Source: the human T2T-CHM13v2.0 reference genome, Homo sapiens. From it: a stretch of 64,000 nucleotides of DNA. The translations under genes were made by a program, and so were the position numbers. The number at the start of each line of letters is the position of its first letter. Positions within the stretch are counted from its first letter, which is position 1. The DNA is taken from the NCBI RefSeq assembly GCF_009914755.1, contig NC_060927.1. The stretch is one strand, 5' to 3'. Of the stretch, positions 55,366-64,000 are shown one piece after another. The notes under the pieces were generated by a model. The model saw only the letters and a list, made by a program, of their open reading frames with translations, was not told where the DNA came from and did no database searches.

Positions 55366-56519
55366 ATTTTTATTTAGTAAGGCATTAGGGTAAATGTATT
55401 TTTAGTTAATTATGAAACTCCCTGTTTCCCAGATACAGGTATATATTTTACTACCCCAACAATATCTTTTCTGGGAAAACTAGGTCTTGGGAAGAAATCA
55501 GTTGATAGAGTCCCTTAACTCAAGAACTAGTGGCAATAACCCCTCTTCAGCTCCTGAGGACAAATAGGTCCATGTTTCATTTTCCCCTCTGACACAACAC
55601 AGCCTTTTCAACTCTCAGATGAATTTCCCAGAAAGTGTGCCAGAATCTTAGAACACAACTGCTAAAGACATGAAGCAATTAAATATGTAAATCAAGGAAA
55701 TTACACTGCACTGATGACATTCAGCACTGTGTCTGCCCCCACCTTCTCCTCCTTTTCCTCTCTGCTTCTATTCCCATCAGGACTGAGGCTAGAGTGAGAG
55801 CTCCTTCTTCCACTCTGCTCCGTGCTAAATGTTTTTTATTCTCAACCACCTGCCCCAGGCCTTCTCATCAATTATTAATCAAGTTCTATGAATATGTATA
55901 AAAGCCTGTTACTGGGTTTTATTAAATTAAAAAATATATATAAGAACATTTTCTGTGCCATGATAGATAAATTATTATATGGTTGAAGAGAAAAGGAAGA
56001 AGAAATAATAAGTGTGGCTTTTTGTTTTCATTCCACTGATGATGGCACAAACATATTGAGACCACTGATTATGCAGGTTTTTTTGTTTCAAGTTTAATAT
56101 CAAATGTGTCTCTAAGTTCATATTTTTAAAGGTTTACATTCTGGACAATGGACTATTCTGGAATCTGCTTTCATTTGATAGACAGGATTCTTTGTGACTG
56201 AGAGGGCATAATGTTGGCTAGGGAGTGACTGGACAGGTTACTTTGATATCACTCTAGAAATAAGCCTTCTTACTTTCATGTGCTTCTCTCTCATTCCAAA
56301 ACTGTCACCAACCGCATGGTGCCCTGAGGCAGGTAGGTGATGGGGTAAATTCATGAGCCCTGGAGCCCTGTCTACTCTGTGAGGTCATTGGCTCAAATCA
56401 CTAATGATTTTCACTTCCCAATTTTCTACTTTAGGTGAACCTTCCTTTCCAAAGAGAAACAATGTCTCCTCTCATGTACTATGAAGAAGGATATGTCTGT
56501 GAACAGTATTATGGCTTTT

Positions 56520-56748
56520 ATCTTATCAGATAGGCCTTCCCTGATCACCTTCTCTCATGTGGCACACCCTTAACCTGCTGTTCTTTATATGATATTATAC
56601 TTACCCATCCTGACATACATAAGGATTTGTTTAATGCATCTTATTTCCTGTACCTTCTCTACCATGAATGTAAGGTTAATAAGAGCAGGAATTTTGCCTT
56701 CTTTATCCAATGCCACACAAAAATTGTTTTAAATAGATAAATGAATAC
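56520..56748 (+). mobile_element. L2 3' end
   Basis: AGGCCTTCCCTGATCACC...GAATGTAAG...GAGCAGGAATTTTG...AAATGAAT. Confidence 0.7.
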
Positions 56749-57784
56749 AAACTATAAAGATACCATTAAAAAATTATTCTCCTACTAGTAACATGAGCTT
56801 CGGGGACAAACAACTTCTGTGTCCTAGCAAACTAATTAACTATGATAGGACCAGTGAAATTATCACCACCTCACCCAATGTTCCTTTACTCCCACTCCCT
56901 GTGTCCTATAAGTGGCTTTACTGTACATGGACAGGTGATCCTGGTGCACATGAGCTCTCAATCCATATCTCAATAGTTAAGAAATTATGTGTCCTAATAA
57001 AAGGGTACTTAAAAATGGGATTTTATTTTGTTTTGCTTGTTGCTTATTTGTTCTTACCCATGTAATAGTCATACATTTATATAATATAAATTTATTTAGT
57101 CAAAAGTGTAGGTAAAAAAAATAGTTGTGGTTTGTATTATCTGTGGTTTTGGTCATGTGGCTTGAATAAAGATTTAAGCCATATGACACCTTCCTCCCAC
57201 ACATCTTCCTGTCTTCCTGCCTCTCATGTCTTGGTATCTCAGCCACTTAGCATTTCTAAGCCTCAGATATTGTTTCCATACATAAATTAAAGTGTCCAGA
57301 TTAGATGAACTTCAAGGATTAATCAACAACAAAATCTAACTCTATGGAAGCAACCCAGGAAGAAAACAGAATTTTAAAATTATTTTCTTGCTCACAACTC
57401 TCAGTTTTTGTTTGTTGTTATTAAAGTTAATGTCAAATCAATACTTACATTTTTTGTTTGGAATATTCTGCTTTATTGCACTATTTATTCTTCATTCTAA
57501 AGAATTTTAAATTTAACCTCCAGAATAGTGTATTCGCCTAATGTGTTATTAAAAAATCTAATTTTATAGAGTGCCATTTAAACAGAAATGCCAATTTTCA
57601 GTAATAAGGGTCACTATAACAATGTTTAATGCCTCAGTGACTTTTTATCAGCTAAAATCCCCTTTAAACATATACGCTTCCTTTATTTCAAATTCAAGAA
57701 TGAATCATTACACTTTGATGAGCATTCCATCACATCAGACGTAGTAGTTAAATTTTCTTGTTCAACAGTCTCATTAATTTATCA

Positions 57785-58330
57785 CTGCTTTCCTGGCCTC
57801 CCCTGATGTACTCATTCAGTAGCGGCCATTGTGAAAACAAACAGCGATGGATACAAAGCTCTAAGTTAGGTGCTGTTCAGTCTTGGAAGTTGTACAACCT
57901 CTCATGGGGTCGACAGTATAGAAAAATAAGTAGGATCTGCAGAAAAATCACTATACTATGAAATAGAATGTTCCAGTGCCACATGAGAGGTGCAAAGGAA
58001 GTACTATCATAGAGCTAGGAAAGTAGAAATCCCTTCTGCCCAGAGTGATTGGGAAGGTATCAAAGAGAAGGTCTGAGAGAATGGGGAAAGATATAAAAAC
58101 GTATAACCATAGGCCAGGCCAGCTGAAGCACAGCTGTATTCATGTTGTCTTGGATGATATGAATGGGAGGGATGAGGAAGGCAGATGAGAAAGCTTCCCA
58201 CACATCTTCCTGTCTTTCTGCCTCTCGTATCTACCATAAGTGGTCAAAAATGTTAAGAGATTAAGAATATTGAGAAGGTGATGGAGAGAGAGAGGAAGTG
58301 AGATCATTTGGATAAGAGAGTGAAGTCGTA
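57785..58330 (-). mobile_element. L2 relic (degenerate)
   Basis: Purine-rich reverse-strand L2 pattern (CATTCAGTAG...CTAAGTTAGGTGCTG...GGGAAGGTATCAAAGAGAAGG); boundaries uncertain. Confidence 0.4.
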
Positions 58331-59298
58331 AATATTCTCTCCCATGGTTTAAAGAGGGTCTGAATTAGGCCCTAGAGACTGAATTTGTCCCAGATCTCCT
58401 AGGAAGAGCACTATAGTCCTCCAAAGAACAATTCCACAGTCTCCTAAGCCCAAGATTAACTACTGCATAGATCAGAAAGCTTATGCAATAGAAAGTTTTC
58501 TTAGAGCAAATTGCGAATGCATTTAAAAGAAAATCTTGCTTCCTCTACATGACCTTTGACTCAATCCACTGTTGTATGTGTGTTTGGATGTGTGTATGTC
58601 TGTAAAATAATTCTACTTCACAGCTACACATGTATATAAACCCACATTTCAGGCAGTAGATAGCTTTAGGTAATGGGAATATTTTTAATAAATCAAATTT
58701 ATGAATAAATCATTGCCAATTCCTTGGGGATTACTGTGTGCACATGGAACTGGTCTGACCCCTGAGTGTGAGATTTGTCATCAGCAGTGGAAATGGGCCT
58801 GAAAGCAGGAAGGCAGCATAGCCTTACAGAGCACAATGAGAAATGAGGCAAAAGGGCTTCGAACATGCAGTTGCCCAAAGCAGTCAAGAGAGATGATTTT
58901 TCAATCTGACATAATGGAAGTCCCTAGAGAGATCCATTTTTCATTCTGACATGACTAAGATAATAAGTCAAAAGTTAAAATACATAGTATAAGGCCCAAC
59001 ACAAAGAAAACGATTTCTATTTTGGAAATGGCAAAGTACACCCTAATATGTATTGGGTTAAATGGACATTCTTTTTCTGAGAGAAGCAGCCCGGTGACTG
59101 TAGCTCAAAAAAATAATTTTTAAGAGTAGAAGTCATCAAAAAGGAACAAGCAAAAAAGTGCTATAAGAAGTTTGATTCTTTGTGGATACTTGGAGATAAT
59201 CCTTCCCTTTGTGAAATATGTTCAATTAAAAAAAAAGATGATTGAAGAAATTCAACAAACAAAAATCTTTGTGGTGATATAAGAAGACCTTTATTTTA

Positions 59299-59576
59299 TT
59301 ATTTATTTATTTATTTATTTTGAGATGCAGTCTTGCTCTGTAGCCCATGCTGGAGTGCAGTGGCATGATCTCCGCTCACTGCAAACTCCACTACCCAAGT
59401 TCAAGCTATTGTCAGTCTCCCCCGAGTAGCTGGGATTACAGGTGCTCACCACCAAGCCTAGCTAATTTTTGTATTTTTAGTAGAGATGGGGTTTCATCAT
59501 GTTGGCTAGGCTGGTCTCAAACTCCTGACCTCAAGTGATCTGCCTGTCTTGGCCTCCCAAAGTGCTGGGATTACAG
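59299..59576 (-). mobile_element. AluS (Sx/Sz-like), lacking the first 22 nt, with extra templated DNA before its TSD
   Basis: (TTTA)n tail, both arms, CTCAAGTGATC; TSD GAAGA(C/A)CTTTATTTTA at 59283-59298 and 59669-59684. Confidence 0.95.
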
Positions 59577-59585
59577 CTGTTCACA

Positions 59586-59653
59586 CAGTTCCATGTGCAC
59601 ACAGTAATCCCCAAGCAATGTGCAATGATTAATTCATAAATTTGATTTACTAA
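59586..59653. repeat. Inverted copy of 58685-58752
   Basis: 63/68 identical to the reverse complement, first 30 nt exact. Confidence 0.95.
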
Positions 59654-59795
59654 TCAAATTTGGGCTGGGAAGAACTTTATTTTAAGGTTAGGCTTTACAT
59701 TTCATGATCTTTTTGCTAGCCAACAGATGAGAGAATTGTAAGTGATATCAATTTATTAAAGTCATAGTAGACCAAGTTCAGGATAATTTAATTTT

Positions 59796-60103
<308 letters not shown>

Positions 60104-62239
60104 AGGATAATTTAATTTTGATACTTATGAACCAAATATAGAACAAACAAAATTTGGTATAATAAAATGCAATAATAAGTCATGAGAAATGTAATTTTAT
60201 ATTATTTATTTTATTGAGACCACTATAGAAATAAAGGTGGGAATTGGAAGAGTATTATGAATATCATGACTAAAGGGAGATTTTAAAAGAATTCTTTAAA
60301 AAGCTGACACAGTAAAGCCCTGGACTACATTCTTATCTGAGATGTTTGGATCTGAGCCAGATTAATGAACATTATTCTGGATGATGACATAACCTGTCCT
60401 ACTACACATAATGGCTTTGGGGTTATTGGGTTCACCTCTTAGCTAAATTGATCTTAGTGTGGTAATAAAATAAAGGTTGCCTAAAATTTCTATAAAAAAC
60501 TCAAATTATTATAAATCTTTAAATTCCCAATTGATCTGACAGGAAGGAGTCAACATAACCATCTATGAGTAGCTTCCCAAATCAGCACCTGTTGCAGACA
60601 TTTTTGAGTTTTTACTTTTTCTCTGGGACTCAGCTTAGATCACAGTGACAATCTTATAGTCCCCTCCTACATGTAACTTGTGGAACAAAGTTCCTCGGTT
60701 GAGGGTTTAACAAGACATCAGATAGATAAGAACAGATATTTCCTGTTGCATATTAACTTGAGAATCCTCTACATATACTTTGAAACTCTCTTCAAGAACA
60801 TGCATAATATTCACCAAGCACATCTTCCATTATACTACAACATGATTTCTTTAGACTATTTAAAATTATTAATTCTGACTCATTTTTTAATAGGATTTGT
60901 TTATTTCTACCTCTCTGTTTCTGCATCTGCTTATCTGTAACCTTTGTGGGATTTATTTTTCTCCTTTCTGTGACATCAGGCCTCTCTTCCACTCAGAACA
61001 CAATTTAAGTTCAGGTCAACAAGGAAGTCTTAGCCTGCTTAACTCATCTACTACTCCAGCTGTTTTTCATTTTTATCTTCTCAACTCTTCATCATTTTGG
61101 TAAAACACAAATTTGTATGGGATTTTGTGTGTGCTTAAGTTATTTTGTGTGTGTGTGTGTATTAAACACCCTATAGATCCCCTTCTTTTTGTATCATCCA
61201 TGTGTTCTACAAGTCTATGGCTACTCAATATCTAATTGAATGAAGACAGATAGAAACACCACACTTCCGCTTTTATACCACTCTTTAGAAACTTACAGTC
61301 ATCTCTATTATTATTATATTTGCCTAAGAATGAAATTTCTATTGATATTTTGTTGATCAATTATTCAGTCAGCCCTCTATTGCAGACTTTTTTTTATGAA
61401 CCCAGAAGCTATAGAGTTTGTCCCAGGCTCAGCATCACAGAGGTCATATACTTTCCCTCCATTATTTTACTCTGCTACCATTAGACTTCTAGTTAACACA
61501 AAAAATCTCTCCTGAGATCCAGTATTGACTACAATGATCTTCTGTATCCTTAGGGTCTTTCTGAGATGAAAGGTCAGGGAGAATTAAAACAGGTGGATGT
61601 ATCCAGGATCGGAGACTGGAATGGGTTAGAACTGAGGGAAGAAGTGCCTCCCTCTGCCACCCATCCATACATGGAGGGATATTCTCGTGTAGTCAGTGAT
61701 GTGAAGGTGAAATCCTGGCAGAGTTTGTGTCCTATTTACCTTGACAAAGGGCAGAAAAATAAAGATTCGTCTCTACTGTGATCAAGAGAAAATCCCCTCT
61801 TTTCTACCCTGTGAGTTACTCCCACTTATTAAAAAAAAAAAAAACACATAATAGGTACCCAATATGTCCCAGAATCTATACCCTACAATGTAAACAGCAA
61901 ATGTCCTCATTGCCCTCAGGATGAATGTAAGGATTGCATGGAAGGGTGCTGTGATACTCTGGATTTCAGTGTGGCCTCAGTCAAGTGTGAATGGCCATCC
62001 TTGCCACTATTCCTCCACCCTGCAGACATGCTGGTGAAAGATGTTCATTTTGTAAAAAGTCTGCAAAGCTTCAGAACAACACTACAGGCACTTAAATAAT
62101 ATTTATTTTTTATTTGAAATTGTGACAACAAAAATGAGTGATAACATTTTCTGATAGCTAGCAGATACTTCCACTGTTAGTGGTAAAAAAAAGTGTTATT
62201 TTCTGTTGGGGCAGTGGTAAGCATGTAGACCACAAAGTT

Positions 62240-62600
62240 TGAGGTCTAGAAGGAAACTGAATATAAATCTCCTTATAGATGGAAAAATGAAGGCCCTGAA
62301 AGACAGTGATTTACCCAAGGTCAAAAGAATGGTTAGTGATAGAGTTCTTTTTGGCCTCTGTGTTGCTGCTCCCCAGCCCAGTGTTCTTTCACTAAAATAA
62401 CCACTGTCTTTTTGAATATTTATTGCAGGCCAGACATACTGCTTTATGTATATTACCTAGATAATTCTTCTCCCCACAAAAGATAGGAAAATAGAGACCA
62501 TTACTGTTTTTTAAAGATGTGGAAACTGAGAGTTTGAAAGATGAAACTTGCTTAAGGTTACATATCATTTAAAAGCCCAAAGCAGAATTTGATTTGAGGT
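62240..62600 (-). mobile_element. Two adjacent MIR-family fragments
   Basis: TTATAGATGGAAAAATGAAGGCCC...GATTTACCCAAGGTCA and TAAAGATGTGGAAACTGAG...ACTTGCTTAAGGTTACA. Confidence 0.7.
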
Positions 62601-63455
62601 CAACAGACCCCAAAGCCCTAAATTCGTGAAACTAGGTTACCTGCTCTGTATCAGCCTATTGAGTTTTGGCTTTTTGAGTACAATCAACAAGTCTTGAAAG
62701 AGGCATCATAGACTGACATTTTAACATAGTTGTCTAGGAAAAAATTACAGGACAGTTTAGCTATAAGAAAAATAGGATGTCTCTAATTCCTTTCTCACTA
62801 AAGGAGCTATGTGGATGCTAATGTTATGGACTTTGTATATTGTTTCCTCACAGTCATTTAGTATGTTTTACTGTGGTAGGTAAGGAGTTCTTAACTCTCT
62901 CTGCATCTAAAATATTCTACATACAGAAGAGTGAACAAAACTACAATAGTGAAGCCATGCACATTTTCTAAAATCATTCAATAATCCTTTGCTCTTAATA
63001 CAATTTGTTGCAAATTAGGCTTTACAACTTTTCCCTCTGAGTGACTCTAACTCACTAGTGTCAGGTTGGCATGTAAGTATTATGTGCCTGTGTGTGTATG
63101 TGTCATTTTGAGCATGTCTAAAAGGTGACCTTGAATTTGATATTCTTTAAAATATATTATTTTGAAGTTGCTTGGTTTTGCTCTTTTGGTCCAAGTCTGC
63201 ATATTCTCCCAATAAGCATTTAATTTATGTTCTAGAGGAATAATTTTTTTCTGGCACTTCTCACTTATCCCTCAAGATTCTCACAACCCTTCCTGATTCT
63301 ACATGGTTCTTCCTCTCATACAATAAAACCCACAACTTTGTTTTGCAGACACCACTAACTCTTCAGATCCATGAGTCATTTTTGGGTCCTAATCCCACCT
63401 TGGAAAATATTACCATAAGGCTTTGGCTCAGAGGGTCATTGTGTCTTTTAAACTG

Positions 63456-63489
63456 TTTTTTTTTTTTTTTTTCAAGACAGGGTCTCACT
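63456..63489 (-). mobile_element. Ultra-short Alu 3' end plus tail, with TSD
   Basis: T17 then CAAGACAGGGTCTCACT (AluJ-type 3' end); flanking repeat CTTTT(A/G)AACT(G/A)TTTT at 63445-63459 and 63488-63502. Confidence 0.7.
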
Positions 63490-63945
63490 TTTGAACTATT
63501 TTACCAGGCAGCTATTTCCAAAGACCTTGTGTGTCTGCAAATCATTTTTCAGATGCTCTCATTTGTCATAGAAGTCACTTTATTCTTATTGTAGGCTTGC
63601 TTTCAGATACTTTCTTATTTCTCTGTAATGTCATTCTATCGAATTCTCAAAAATACACAATGACCCACTGGAAAATAATAGTGCTAACTCAAACTGCTCT
63701 CTGCCACTCACCATCTTTCCTATCTACCTTAAGTTGCTTTATTTATGGAATACTCTGTCATTAGCTTTCAGGGCTTTTAAGATATGACAACCCTTTGAAA
63801 AAGATTTTACATTCAGCAATTTCTATCATTCTCATACAAAAGTGGGAAGTGACTGTGGAGATATTGAGGCAGAATGGGCCAGTGACAAAACAAGTAGATT
63901 CTGGAGTCAGACCAACTCCTGGTGCAAGTACATTAGCCATTAGAC

Positions 63946-64000
63946 TGTAAAGCAAAAACAAAATTCTAAGCCCCCCAACTGACTGGATAGGCCCCTACTG
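63946..64000 (+). mobile_element. Start of a MER4-group ERV1 LTR (runs off the window)
   Basis: TGTAAAGCAAAAACAAAATTCTAAGCCCCCCAACTGACTG resembles the MER4B/D/E 5' terminus, including the TG start. Confidence 0.75.

Overview
AT-rich, CpG-poor mammalian non-coding DNA, almost certainly human because it carries a near-consensus AluYb8, a human-specific subfamily. I recognise no protein-coding gene, RNA gene, CpG island or CRISPR array. The ORF-track entries with recognisable protein are LINE-1 ORF2p C-terminal remnants; others read through Alus or look like chance ORFs. The window looks intergenic or deep-intronic. It contains several Alus and Alu monomers, a 5'-inverted (twin-primed) L1PA3-like insertion, an older L1PA 3' end, many MIR/L2/L3 relics, DNA-transposon relics (MADE2, MER5, MER53), the start of a MER4-group LTR and simple repeats. 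I found no evidence of a new gene system. The most unusual signals are mutational and retrotranspositional. (1) An AluS has, inside its TSDs, a 68-bp inverted copy of DNA lying about 0.9 kb away plus fold-back fillers. (2) Two more short duplications have copies about 1 kb apart. (3) About 600 bp of A-tailed foreign sequence interrupts an L2. (4) The L1 target site is homologous to the L1's own inversion point. (5) There is a near-perfect 100-bp tandem duplication. Repeat family calls come from remembered consensus sequences, not from a search, and boundaries of old repeats are approximate.
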